Of a stretch of DNA of 64,000 nucleotides, positions 16,485 through 26,491 are shown in pieces. Each line of letters starts with the position of its first letter. Within the stretch, counting starts at the first letter, position 1. The notes beneath the pieces were generated by a model that was not told the DNA's origin, ran no database searches, and saw only the letters and a list, made by a program, of their open reading frames with translations. The translations under genes and the position numbers were made by a program. Origin of the DNA: Candidatus Microgenomatus sp. (lineage in GTDB: Bacteria; Patescibacteriota; Minisyncoccia; UBA6257; GWB1-50-10); contig DYGI01000001.1 in NCBI GenBank assembly GCA_020724805.1, positions 175,157 to 239,156 of the forward strand. Direction: 5' to 3'.

Positions 16485-16513
16485 TTGAGTTTTTCGGCGT
16501 TTCCTAGTACCTT
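16485..16513 (+). promoter_or_regulatory. Candidate sigma-70 promoter for the surface protein gene
   Basis: TTGAGT-N17-TACCTT. Confidence 0.45.
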
Positions 16514-16536
16514 AGTCAGTAGACAGTGTCCGTAGC

Positions 16537-16665
16537 TTTCAGTGTGAGGCTGAAAGATATGGGACCGGGAGAAAGTGCCGCAGAACGCACGAAATGAACG
16601 TTCCGCGGTGTCGCCTTATCGTAAGGCGGGCTTTCTTTCGTGGTTCCATCACCCTCGCACCGAAA
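16537..16665 (+). ncRNA. Predicted multi-stem structured RNA / 5' leader
   Basis: Nested pairings cagtgtgagg/cctcgcaccg, atgggacc/ggttccat, gagaaagt/gctttctt, gccgcagaacg/cgttccgcggt, cgcctta/taaggcg. Confidence 0.5.
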
Positions 16666-16818
16666 TGCGAGGTTTTCTGTTTTTTCCAATCAATATCGTC
16701 CTTTTCCCGTCCTCCGTGCCTCCGATCCTCACTAGGTTGGTACACGTCGAAACAGGGTGGGGGAAGCATCCAGAAACTCGTAAAGGTCGAAACATACGAA
16801 AATATGTTTGGTCGATTA

Positions 16819-16860
16819 TCCTTCGACAGACTCAGGATAACCCTGAGTGAAATCGAAGGG
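16819..16860. repeat. REP-like CTTCGAC..CTCAG repeat pair
   Basis: tccttcgacagactcagga-taa-ccctgagtgaaatcgaaggg. Confidence 0.7.
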
Positions 16861-16874
16861 TTACAACTACAGAA

Positions 16875-19800
16875 ATGAACAAATCATTCAAGAAAGTTGC
16901 GTCCATAGGGCTCTCGCTTTCAACAGCGGTGTACCTCTTTGGAGCCGCGGCGATTCCTGCAGGGGCACAAACCACTGCGGATCTCCAGGCCCAAATTGCG
17001 GCCCTTTTGGCGCAGATCAATGCATTGCAATCCCAACTCGCGGCGCAGTCTGGCGGTGGTGCCGTTGCGTCTTCGTACAGTTTTACCCGCAACCTCACGG
17101 TGGGTTCGACTGGCGCTGACGTGCGTGCCCTCCAACAGTGGCTGAACGCGAATGGGTATCAAGTTTCCGCGAGCGGCGCCGGTAGCCCCGGCAACGAGAC
17201 GCAGTACTTCGGTCCCGCGACTCGCACAGCCCTCGCAAAGTATCAGGCAGCGGTGGGAATTTCCCCTGCGGCAGGGTACTTCGGTCCTATCACTCGCGCA
17301 CGCGTAAGCGCCGCGGGCGGTACGACCACCCCAGGCACGGGGCCGGTGGTTATCCCTTCATCGGGTCTCCAGGTGAGCCTCGCGTCTGACAGTCCTTCCG
17401 CGGCCGTGGCGCCTCTCGGTGCCGCCGGCGTGGTGTTTGCGAAGTTCAATGTGGCCGGCAGCGGTACGTTGGACGGCATCACCTTCAAGCGGATGGGCGT
17501 TGGTGGCACCGGCGACTTCGCCGCAAGCGGTATTTACCTCTACGAGGGAAACACTCGCTTGACGACGGGCCGGAGCATCAACTCCACGAGCCACGAGGTC
17601 TCGTTCCTTAACCTCGGTCTTTCGATCTCTGGCGTGCGGACCCTCTCGCTTGTCGCGGACATTTCGTCCTCCGGCCAAGCGGGGAACCGCAACCACTTCG
17701 AGTTGGTCTCCGCGTCCGGTACGCCGACCCCTTCGGGGACGGTGATCGGCCGTGATATCACTCTCGCGGGCCAGTCTGTCGGAAGCGTCACCGCGACGAG
17801 CGGTGCGGCACCTTCCAACCCCAAAGTGGGTCAGGTTGGCGCCAAAGTCGCCGAGTTCATGCTTCAAGCAGGCTCGACGGAAGACATTGAGATCCGCCGT
17901 ATTGCACTCACGGAAGGCGGCTCCATCGCGAACTCGTACCTCACGAACTTCCAGTTGAAGTACGCGGGGAACGTAATCGCGACGGCCTCCGGTGTGGGCG
18001 CGAAGGATCTTGTGTCGTTCGAAATGGCGACCCCGTTCCTCTTGGAAAAGGGTCAACAGCGCACGTTCGAGGTGTACGCTGACATCGGTGGTGGCGCACG
18101 TTCGGCAGACACGATCGTGTTCTACTTCGACAGCAAGGCGGACATCTACGCGATCGGTAAGACCTACGGATACCCCGTGGATCCGACGATCACCGCGCTT
18201 GACGCTACTTCGGACGGTGACACGCTGACCCTCTCGGGCGGCGACATCACCATCACCTTCAACGGTCCTATTGCGGGCGACGTAGCGCTCCGCGGTCAGG
18301 ATGTGACGGTGTATGACTTCACGATTGCGTCCCTCAATAACATTGAGATCCGCAACCTTCGTTTCCACGCTACCACGACTGGTATGACGGCGAACGAAGG
18401 CTTCACGGATTTCAAGGTATGGGATGCGACGGCGAACAGTGTTGTCACGAGCGCGACCGACGTTACGACCTCGACGGATGTGACCTTCACGGATGTGTTG
18501 AACATCAGCGCGGGTCAGTCGAAGAGGTTTAAGGTGACGGTGGACATCGACTCGGACAACGACGACACGACGGACACGCTCCTTGTGTCGCTCCTTGCGT
18601 TCCAAGCGAACGACATTCGGAACTTGGACAACAACACGTACGTGGCAACCTCGGTTATCGTGCCGAACAGCACGGTTTCGGGGAACACGATGACGGTGAA
18701 GGCGCCGGCGTTGGACATCCAACTCTCGGCAACGCCGTCCTCGCAGACGTATGTGAAGGGTACGCAGAACGTGGACTTGGTCGGGTTGAGCTTCCGGGCA
18801 GTATCTTCAAATGTCCGCTTGAGCTCGGTCCGCATCACAGCAACCGCGTCCTCGGGCACCCTGACCTCGGGCGAAGTCACCAGCCTCGGCCTCTACGACG
18901 GCGCGAGCTTGGCGGGGAACTCCACCGTAGAATCGCTCGACACGTCGAACTTGAACGCGACGTTCGACAACATCAACGTGGTTATCCCGATGGGTACGAC
19001 GAAAGTGTTCACCGTTCGCGGTAACATCTCGTCCGACACCACGGTGGGTGACACGTTCTACTTCTACCTCGCGACTGCGACAGCGAACGATGTGACTGCC
19101 TACGACTCCGAAGGGAACGCGGTAAACCTCCAAGGGACCGCGGCGAACTCCGGTGGTACGGTCATCGCATCGGTGGCGAACGTGGGTGACGTGACGGTGG
19201 CGAAAGCCGCCGACGACTCCGACTCCGAAGCCGGCATCATAGTGGCGGGTCGTGAGCAGACGCTCGCGAAGTTCCGCTTCACGGCGGCGAACGAGGCGGT
19301 GACAGTGAACAAGCTCCAGCTCCTTGTGGTGCCGACGAGCTCCGCAACGGCCACTTCCTCGGCTTCGGCTGATGAGGTACCGGTGGTGAAGCTTTACGAT
19401 GGTTCCAACCAGATCGGTAACACGTCCGGGTACACGGTCCAGGCATCGGGTGACAACTCCGGTGTCGTCGTGATCGAGAACCTCGGATGGGGTATCGGTA
19501 AGGATGCTTCGAAGACCCTCACGGTAAAGGGAGTGTTGAACTCCACTTCCGGTGGGGCGGACTCTGGCGCTTCGGTGTACGTAAGCGTGATGAGCTCCGG
19601 CTTTGAGGCACAGGGCGCGACAGCGAAGGACACCACGATCACGGCTGCGACGGCAAACCAGAAGGTGGTCTACAAGACGAAGCCCACCATCTCGGTTGCG
19701 GCAGGCGACACTACGCTTACGACCGGCCTCCGCAAGGTGATGAAATTCACCGTGGCGGCGGACTCGGCTGAGCAGGTGGCGTGGAAGAAGATGCAACTTG

Positions 19801-20303
19801 CGGTTTCGATGACTGGCGCGACCATGACCGCGGCCTCCGCGGCTCCTGGCACGACCGGCACCATCCAGATTAAAGAGGTTGGTGCGTCTTCGAACCTCAA
19901 CGTGGCAACCGGGTACAGCGGCTCGACCGCGACTGCTTCGACTACCGACGCAATCGTGGGCGGCAGCACTGGATACGTGACCTTTATCCTCAATGCTGAG
20001 GAGGTCATTCCGGCGGGCGGCAGCAAATCGTACGAGGTTTATCTCACGTTTGCGAACCTCACCTCCGGTTCCGGCAACTCTTCCGCGGTGGTGAACCTCC
20101 ACCGTCAGGAATCGACGGTGGTAGCCGCAACGACGTACGCGAATGCTGAAAACAGCGACGCGAACGGCGTTGAGAACGGTTCACCTTCGTTCATCTGGTC
20201 CGACTACTCGACTGTGGGGCACAGCGAGGCGACGTCGGCCGACTGGGCGAACGGCGTCTTTGTGAAGGAACTTCCGTCTACGTCCTTCACGCTCTCGAAC
20301 TAG
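16875..20303 (+). CDS. Large secreted surface protein with N-terminal peptidoglycan-binding-like domain (S-layer-like)
   Basis: Signal peptide; FTRNLTVGSTGADVRALQQWLN..YFGPAT..AL..YQ..G.FGP.TR domain; repeated beta-rich S/T/G/A-rich domains. Confidence 0.8.
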   Translation: MNKSFKKVASIGLSLSTAVYLFGAAAIPAGAQTTADLQAQIAALLAQINALQSQLAAQSGGGAVASSYSFTRNLTVGSTGADVRALQQWLNANGYQVSASGAGSPGNETQYFGPATRTALAKYQAAVGISPAAGYFGPITRARVSAAGGTTTPGTGPVVIPSSGLQVSLASDSPSAAVAPLGAAGVVFAKFNVAGSGTLDGITFKRMGVGGTGDFAASGIYLYEGNTRLTTGRSINSTSHEVSFLNLGLSISGVRTLSLVADISSSGQAGNRNHFELVSASGTPTPSGTVIGRDITLAGQSVGSVTATSGAAPSNPKVGQVGAKVAEFMLQAGSTEDIEIRRIALTEGGSIANSYLTNFQLKYAGNVIATASGVGAKDLVSFEMATPFLLEKGQQRTFEVYADIGGGARSADTIVFYFDSKADIYAIGKTYGYPVDPTITALDATSDGDTLTLSGGDITITFNGPIAGDVALRGQDVTVYDFTIASLNNIEIRNLRFHATTTGMTANEGFTDFKVWDATANSVVTSATDVTTSTDVTFTDVLNISAGQSKRFKVTVDIDSDNDDTTDTLLVSLLAFQANDIRNLDNNTYVATSVIVPNSTVSGNTMTVKAPALDIQLSATPSSQTYVKGTQNVDLVGLSFRAVSSNVRLSSVRITATASSGTLTSGEVTSLGLYDGASLAGNSTVESLDTSNLNATFDNINVVIPMGTTKVFTVRGNISSDTTVGDTFYFYLATATANDVTAYDSEGNAVNLQGTAANSGGTVIASVANVGDVTVAKAADDSDSEAGIIVAGREQTLAKFRFTAANEAVTVNKLQLLVVPTSSATATSSASADEVPVVKLYDGSNQIGNTSGYTVQASGDNSGVVVIENLGWGIGKDASKTLTVKGVLNSTSGGADSGASVYVSVMSSGFEAQGATAKDTTITAATANQKVVYKTKPTISVAAGDTTLTTGLRKVMKFTVAADSAEQVAWKKMQLAVSMTGATMTAASAAPGTTGTIQIKEVGASSNLNVATGYSGSTATASTTDAIVGGSTGYVTFILNAEEVIPAGGSKSYEVYLTFANLTSGSGNSSAVVNLHRQESTVVAATTYANAENSDANGVENGSPSFIWSDYSTVGHSEATSADWANGVFVKELPSTSFTLSN

Positions 20304-20330
20304 TACCGAAAGGTATTCGTTTGGAAAGCC

Positions 20331-20356
20331 AAAAAGGGCCCTCACGGGCCCTTTTT
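20331..20356 (+). terminator. Intrinsic terminator
   Basis: aaaaagggccc-tcac-gggcccttttt. Confidence 0.85.
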
Positions 20357-20376
20357 GTTTCTGCTAGAATGGGCGT

Positions 20377-22656
20377 GTGCTGAAAGTCGCAAAATGGTGT
20401 CTTTTTCTTACCGCGCTCACCCCTCTCATCATTACGAACGAGGTTTATTTTCCCTTTGTGTTGGGAAAGATGGTGTGGTATCGGTCGCTTACCGAGCTTG
20501 CGCTCGCGCTTCTCTTCGGGTGGCTTGCGTGGGCAATCATCACGAAACATGAAGTTGCAACGCCGCTCCTCCCTGGTTTCACGCGGGTTAAAGATTTTCT
20601 TAAGAGCCCCACTACCGTGGCGACGCTCGTTTTTTTTGTTTCTTTGGCATTAAGCGTCATTTTTGCGGTGAACGGATACCGCGCATTTTGGGGAGACATC
20701 GAACGCGCCGAGGGATTTTTCGGCATGCTCCACTATCTTGGGTTTGCGGTCGCGGCACTTCTCCTTTTTGAGCGGAAGGATTGGACAACTTATTTCAAGT
20801 TCTCAGTGGGGGTAGGATTTGTCCTCGCGTTCTACGCGTTTCTCCAATGGGCAGGCGTGGAATCGTTCCCGTTCGCACGCCCCTCCCAGCCACGTGCAGA
20901 TTCATTCATAGGGAATGCCGCATTCCTTGCGACTCACATGTTCTTTTTCGCGCTTTTCGCCTGGTTTCTTACGAAGGAGCCGTCCAAATGGTGGCGCATC
21001 GCGGCATTTCTCGCGATTCCGGTCAGCATACTTATAATGTTTTTCACTGGTACCCGCGGTGCGATACTCGGTGTCGGCGCGGCCATCGTTGCGTTCCTCG
21101 TCGGCGTGCTCATTCGGAGCGAGCGATGGCGAGGAATTTCGCTCCGCATGGGCGCTTCCGTTTTGCTCGCGGTGATCGCGGTTGGCACGGTTGGTTTTTG
21201 GGTAACGCGTGACGCGGCTTTATGGCAGAAAGTTCCCGGGTTGGACCGGCTCGCGCGTACCGCAACACTCGATAAAGCCGACGCATCCACGCAGGTGCGG
21301 CTTATCACTTGGCGCGTTTCCTGGGAAGCATTCAAAGAAAAACCCGTGTTCGGGTGGGGTCCCGAGAACTACCTTGTGGCATATGAAAAGCATTACGACC
21401 CCGACTACGCCATTTATGGAGAAACGTGGCTTGACCGTGCGCACAACAAATTTTTTGACCTTCTTGTAATGCAAGGAATTGTGGGTGTGCTCACGTACAT
21501 TGCTCTTATAATTACGCTCCTCGCCACCGCATTTCGCCGCACAAAACATCTTTTCGTGCCGCTCTTTGTGTTTGTGGTCGGCTATAGCGTTCAAAACTTG
21601 GTGCTTTTCGACCAAATCGTCTCGTACGCGACATTTTTCGCGCTTCTCGCGTTTGTCATTCACGAATCGACGCCGCTTGTGGGCGAAGCGGTTGTACCCG
21701 TTTCTCCAAGAGCGCGATTGGGTATTGCAAGCGGAGGAGTGGTGCTCGTCGTATTGATGGGAATATCGCTCTATGCATGGAATGCGATGCCGTATGCGCA
21801 GGCAAAAGCGCTTTTGGAATCCCCGAAACTCGGTGATATTCAAAAAGTGATTGGACGCGTGAAAGATGGTTTTTACCCCTACAACTTCGCGCAGTATACC
21901 CTGCGGGGGCAGGCTATCGACACGGTGTACCTCGACCAGTTCTTTTACCACGAGCCCTATCGCACGAAGGAGAGTTTCAAGCCGCTTGGCGAACTCCTTC
22001 TTGAAGGAATGGATGAGATCATCCGGCGCGAACCATACGATGTGCGCATTATGCTCCGCTATGTGGAAATGCTCGATGCACTTTCGCGCGAGGACGAATC
22101 GCTCTACCCGAAGATGGAAAGCGTGCTCCGTGTGGCGCGGGAAATCGCGCCTCACCGACAAGAAGTGCTCTATCACCTTGCCGCAAACCTTGCGAAGCAG
22201 GGGAAGGTCGAAGAAGGGCTCGCGGTGGCTCGCGAGGCGGTCGCGCTTTCTCCCGAGGTTCCCCGCGCTCATTTCTATCTTTCGCTCATTCTTGCGGCTG
22301 CCGGAGAAGACGAAGAAGGCAAGCAAGAGATCCTTCGTGCGGAAGAACTTAGCCCCGACTTCTCCGGATTCTTGAGCCATGACCACAATACATTCATGAT
22401 GCTCTACCAAAGCTGGGGAATGCGCGACAAAGTGGCCGCGCTTGCGCTCCGGAGCGCTCAAGGGCCTGTGCGGTTTTCGTTCAATACTGAGTATTACTAT
22501 TTCGGGCTCGGTTTTTTCGCGGAACAAAGAGATGCCGAGAGTTTCATCGCGATTGCCGATTATCTTAAAGAAATTGATAAAGGGAATGCGGAAAGCTTGG
22601 ATATACTTATTGATCTTGCGCGTAATGGTAATTGGAACATTATCGAAACATTATGA
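20377..22656 (+). CDS. O-antigen ligase / O-oligosaccharyltransferase-like (Wzy_C) membrane protein with C-terminal TPR-like domain
   Basis: GN..F, TGTRGA, R..TW...P.FGWGPENY, DRAHN motifs; about 12 TM helices. Confidence 0.85.
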   Translation: MLKVAKWCLFLTALTPLIITNEVYFPFVLGKMVWYRSLTELALALLFGWLAWAIITKHEVATPLLPGFTRVKDFLKSPTTVATLVFFVSLALSVIFAVNGYRAFWGDIERAEGFFGMLHYLGFAVAALLLFERKDWTTYFKFSVGVGFVLAFYAFLQWAGVESFPFARPSQPRADSFIGNAAFLATHMFFFALFAWFLTKEPSKWWRIAAFLAIPVSILIMFFTGTRGAILGVGAAIVAFLVGVLIRSERWRGISLRMGASVLLAVIAVGTVGFWVTRDAALWQKVPGLDRLARTATLDKADASTQVRLITWRVSWEAFKEKPVFGWGPENYLVAYEKHYDPDYAIYGETWLDRAHNKFFDLLVMQGIVGVLTYIALIITLLATAFRRTKHLFVPLFVFVVGYSVQNLVLFDQIVSYATFFALLAFVIHESTPLVGEAVVPVSPRARLGIASGGVVLVVLMGISLYAWNAMPYAQAKALLESPKLGDIQKVIGRVKDGFYPYNFAQYTLRGQAIDTVYLDQFFYHEPYRTKESFKPLGELLLEGMDEIIRREPYDVRIMLRYVEMLDALSREDESLYPKMESVLRVAREIAPHRQEVLYHLAANLAKQGKVEEGLAVAREAVALSPEVPRAHFYLSLILAAAGEDEEGKQEILRAEELSPDFSGFLSHDHNTFMMLYQSWGMRDKVAALALRSAQGPVRFSFNTEYYYFGLGFFAEQRDAESFIAIADYLKEIDKGNAESLDILIDLARNGNWNIIETL

Positions 22657-24590
22657 GCGGACCGGAAGCTTTTCCATTTAAAATAGCGCGAGGGTTTCTC
22701 TACCTTTCGGCGCTTTATGTGGCGATTGTGACGCCTTCCACTCTTTTCCCCTTCATTGTGGGAAAGTACGCATGGTTTCGCGGTACGGTGGATTTGGCGC
22801 TTATCGCGTTCGCGCTCGGTCTCCTCTTTTACGATGCGAAAGGAGAATGGGGGATGCGGCTCAAAGAAGTTTTTCGCAAGCCGCTTGTTGTTGCGGTTGG
22901 AATATTTACACTCGCATTCCTTCTCGCGGGATTTTTCGGTGTAGACCCTGCGATGTCTTTCTGGTCCAACTTCGAAAGGGGAGAAGGAGGTATTCAACTG
23001 CTCCACCTTTTCGTGTTTTCCATGCTCCTCGTCGCTCTTTTTCGTGACGAGAAAGAATGGCGTCGTTTTTTTGTATGGGCGCTCACCGGCGGAGCGCTTT
23101 CCATTCTTTATGGATTTTTTGCCGCATGGGACGTGCCCGGGTTCATAGGTGCGCGATTCGCCGAGTCGGGGTTTCGTTTTCAGGCATCCATCGGTAACCC
23201 CGCGTATGTGGCGGCGATGGCGATATTTTTGGCGTTCTACGTGGGGTATCTCCTTTGGTCCCGGTATCGCACGCGGCTTTTTGTTTCTGTAGGGGCATGG
23301 GCATTATGGGGTCTCCTTGTGTTCTTCGGGGCGGCCTTTATACTCGCCGCGACCCGCGGGGCGTTCCTTGGATTTCTCGCGGGACTACTCGTGGGGACGG
23401 GGTATTTCGTGTTTATGCACCGCGCATGGCGGAGATGGTTTGTGGCGGGAGCGATAGCCCTTGTCCTTACGGTCGGGACAATGGTGTTCTTCAAAGATTC
23501 GCAGTTCGTGAAGTCGATTCCGGGGTCGCGTATTTTCGACATATCGCTCACTGCGGAAACTTTCCAGCACCGGGCGATTATGTGGGGCATGGCGCTCGAA
23601 GGGTGGAAAGAGCGCCCGCTTCTTGGGTGGGGACCGGAAAATTACATTCAAGTATTTGATAGGAAACTGGATCCCGCATATTTCAAGCCGGCCGAAGGAT
23701 TCGGTGCATGGTTCGACAGGGCGCACAGTATTTATTTCGACTATCTTGCGGAGACGGGAGCCCTCGGCTTTCTCGGGTTTGTAGGCATATTTGCGGTGCT
23801 CGGAGTGCACCTGTTTCGCCGAGAAGAAAAGATGGAGGAATCCATGCTTCCGCGTGCGCTTATAATTGGCGCAATCGTGGCGTATCTCGTGCAAGGCATC
23901 GCACTTTTTGACGTACTTCCCATTTACTACAATCTTTTTGTGGTGCTTGCGTTCAGCGCGTTTTATTTTTCATCTCCAACCCTGAAACCTCACGCTTCCG
24001 TTTCTCTATCGTTTCTACGCACCTTTTTTGGCGTCATTCTTATATTATTGTCCGCGGCATCGCTCATTTTTGGCGTATATGCGCCAGTATCACGAGCGCG
24101 CGCCTATATTGGTGCGCTTCAGACTATGTCTTCCGTGAACAGTATTGAGGGTTTCAAGGCTCACTTTAACCCTGCAATTAAGCATTGGTCTCCGGTGGGA
24201 GGAGAAGAGGTGGTTAAATTTCTCGGAAACGATATTTTAAATATCATCGCGGGAGGGAATCAGGACGAGCAAGGGGCGCGGGCGCTCGTTACTTATATTG
24301 AACCCTATATTTTCAAGGACAATGTGCGCCATCTTATCCTTGGAGGAAACCTCTATAAGGTGCTTTGGGAAAAGTATGGGAAGAGGGAAGATGATTATCG
24401 GCGCGCCGAAGGGTACTACGCGGCGGCGTTTCGCATTGGCCCCGGACTTCCGCCGGTGCTTTATTCCTTGCTCGATCTCGCGCTGAAAGGCGGTGAAGCG
24501 GAAAAGGCGCAAGCAGTGGGGGCAGAAATTCTCCGTTTGTGGCCTGATGCGGCGGACGTTGTGACCGCGCTCCAGTCTACCTCCGAGTGA
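22653..24590 (+). CDS. Second O-antigen ligase / OTase-like membrane protein
   Basis: GNPAY, ATRGA, RPLLGWGPENY, FDRAHS; ATGA overlap with its paralogue. Confidence 0.85.
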   Translation: MSGPEAFPFKIARGFLYLSALYVAIVTPSTLFPFIVGKYAWFRGTVDLALIAFALGLLFYDAKGEWGMRLKEVFRKPLVVAVGIFTLAFLLAGFFGVDPAMSFWSNFERGEGGIQLLHLFVFSMLLVALFRDEKEWRRFFVWALTGGALSILYGFFAAWDVPGFIGARFAESGFRFQASIGNPAYVAAMAIFLAFYVGYLLWSRYRTRLFVSVGAWALWGLLVFFGAAFILAATRGAFLGFLAGLLVGTGYFVFMHRAWRRWFVAGAIALVLTVGTMVFFKDSQFVKSIPGSRIFDISLTAETFQHRAIMWGMALEGWKERPLLGWGPENYIQVFDRKLDPAYFKPAEGFGAWFDRAHSIYFDYLAETGALGFLGFVGIFAVLGVHLFRREEKMEESMLPRALIIGAIVAYLVQGIALFDVLPIYYNLFVVLAFSAFYFSSPTLKPHASVSLSFLRTFFGVILILLSAASLIFGVYAPVSRARAYIGALQTMSSVNSIEGFKAHFNPAIKHWSPVGGEEVVKFLGNDILNIIAGGNQDEQGARALVTYIEPYIFKDNVRHLILGGNLYKVLWEKYGKREDDYRRAEGYYAAAFRIGPGLPPVLYSLLDLALKGGEAEKAQAVGAEILRLWPDAADVVTALQSTSE

Positions 24591-25344
24591 GCTGTGAGAG
24601 GGAAAGAATGGTGCGGTATGCGGTCATCCCAACACTTCCCGATATTGCTAACCTAAAAAGAGCGCGTGTTCGCGGCGGTGCAAATCTTTTGAGCTCGTAA
24701 CGATCATCGCCCTGACTCACACGCCCCGGTCTCATGGTGAAGCAGGCCCCAATACCCACACTTTTTGCTGTCCGTACCGCGTCGGCGCTGTATTCACCGA
24801 ATGGCCATGCAAGGTATCGGGGGGTGGTGGCGGTTTCTTTTTTTATAATTTCCAATGATCTTTTGAGATCGTCCTCGCTCTCTTTCGGCATGCTCGCGGA
24901 GTGATTAATATGACGGTGACCGTGCGATTCAATAGCGACGAGCGGTTCCATAGCCTTGATCTCTTCCCACGTCAGGAACTCCTCGGAGTATCCATGTTCC
25001 ACTATCTCTCGGAACGCCGCGCGATACCCTCCAGTGAAAGGTTTTCTCGGTTGCGTGAGGTGGCGGTTAACGAAACTCGTTGGCGCGAAAATAGTTGCCG
25101 GCACTCCGAGCTTTTTGAGAATTGGGTATGCGTAGAGAAAATTATCTGCCCAGCCGTCGTCGAAGGTGATCGCAAACCCATCCTTTTCCAGCCTTAACTC
25201 GCCCTTCGCAAAAGCCACCACCTTTTCCAGGGTGAGGGGGATAAATTTTTCTTTCAGTTTTTTTATCTGCCACTCGAACGTGTCGGGGTCCGTGTGGTGG
25301 CCGGGATGCACGCGGTGATAAGCGAGAACCAGTACTTTACTCAT
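24577..25344 (-). CDS. Polysaccharide deacetylase family protein
   Basis: LAYHRV, ITFDDG, SHGHRH, AWPFG. Confidence 0.9.
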   Translation of the reverse strand: MSKVLVLAYHRVHPGHHTDPDTFEWQIKKLKEKFIPLTLEKVVAFAKGELRLEKDGFAITFDDGWADNFLYAYPILKKLGVPATIFAPTSFVNRHLTQPRKPFTGGYRAAFREIVEHGYSEEFLTWEEIKAMEPLVAIESHGHRHINHSASMPKESEDDLKRSLEIIKKETATTPRYLAWPFGEYSADAVRTAKSVGIGACFTMRPGRVSQGDDRYELKRFAPPRTRALFRLAISGSVGMTAYRTILSLSQLTRR

Positions 25345-26459
25345 GATTTTTTAGCCAGGATGGCATCGTATATTCTCTCGAGTTTTGTTATATAGGTATC
25401 GATCGTAAATTCATCATTTACCATCTTTTTTCCTCTTGCCGACATCTGTTCTCGAGATTTAGGGTTCCGGATCATGTCCTCAATACCCTGTTGTAGGCCC
25501 CGAACGGAGCAGGGAACAACTGCCGCGGCTCGAGAAAAGACGTCTCGACTCGATAACGTATCGGTAATGATGGTAGGGACTCCAAGATACATAGCTTCGA
25601 GCGTCACCAAGGAAAATGATTCCATCCGCGAGCTTACTACAAAGAGATCCATGAGCGATATCCAGACCGGAACGTCTTTTTGATGGCCCGCAAACATCAC
25701 TTTATTTGATATTTCTAATCGCCGTGCCCGCTCTTTCAGCTCGGTAGTTTTGGGCCCGTCGCCAATGAGCATCAGGAAGGAATTGGGTGTCTTTTCCAAT
25801 ATCCGCTTAAATGATTCCAAGAGCAAATCGTATCCTTTTTCCCACGACATTCTCCCCACCGACCCGAGAACGAAGGCGCGGGGAGGCACGGAGAGGCGGC
25901 GGCGGTATTCCTCCTTGTCGAACTCTTTCGGTAACAGGAGACGCTGGGGATCAACCGCATTATGGAGAACGAACAATTTTTTTCCAGTCGATTCGGCCAC
26001 GCGCTTCAAATGCTCCGCTTTTTCTTCAATGGTCGCTATGAAGGCACCGACGAGCCACCGGTTAATGAAAAATCTCACGATCTTTCTCGAAAGCGGTTCC
26101 GGCATATCCGGGTTATGAACGTGCGATATCACCGGAATGCCGAGTCCGAACACCCCCATGCTTCCGTAAAAATCGCTTGCGAGTTGATGGGTGTGCACGA
26201 TGTCGGGTTCACACTCTTTTATGAGGCGTCTTACCGCAGAGATGTTCCCGAAAACATTTTTTATATTTCCGAGTCCCAAACGGTAGTATTCGATGCCCCC
26301 ATCTTCCAGCTCCTGTCCCATGGTGCCGTTCCCCATAAGTGAGCACACCATAGGACGGTACCGCTCGCTTTTTGCAAGGGTTTTGGCGGTATCCACTACC
26401 ATCCGTTCCACGCCTCCGGGGTCGAGAGTCGCGGTTATGATAAGAACGTTTCGTTTCAT
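25341..26459 (-). CDS. Glycosyltransferase family 4
   Basis: GGVER, GR...KG, ESFSLVTLEAM; start set at MKRNVL. Confidence 0.9.
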   Translation of the reverse strand: MKRNVLIITATLDPGGVERMVVDTAKTLAKSERYRPMVCSLMGNGTMGQELEDGGIEYYRLGLGNIKNVFGNISAVRRLIKECEPDIVHTHQLASDFYGSMGVFGLGIPVISHVHNPDMPEPLSRKIVRFFINRWLVGAFIATIEEKAEHLKRVAESTGKKLFVLHNAVDPQRLLLPKEFDKEEYRRRLSVPPRAFVLGSVGRMSWEKGYDLLLESFKRILEKTPNSFLMLIGDGPKTTELKERARRLEISNKVMFAGHQKDVPVWISLMDLFVVSSRMESFSLVTLEAMYLGVPTIITDTLSSRDVFSRAAAVVPCSVRGLQQGIEDMIRNPKSREQMSARGKKMVNDEFTIDTYITKLERIYDAILAKKS

Positions 26460-26491
26460 ATCCTCGTGTTTAATGTGTATAGTGTAATCCA

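Noticed and set aside
17358-20102. Long antisense ORFs (454 and 431 aa) opposite the surface protein; similar ones opposite clpB, ftsA/ftsZ and nrdJ
   Set aside because: Shadow frames expected from biased codon usage in GC-rich genes; no recognisable motifs.
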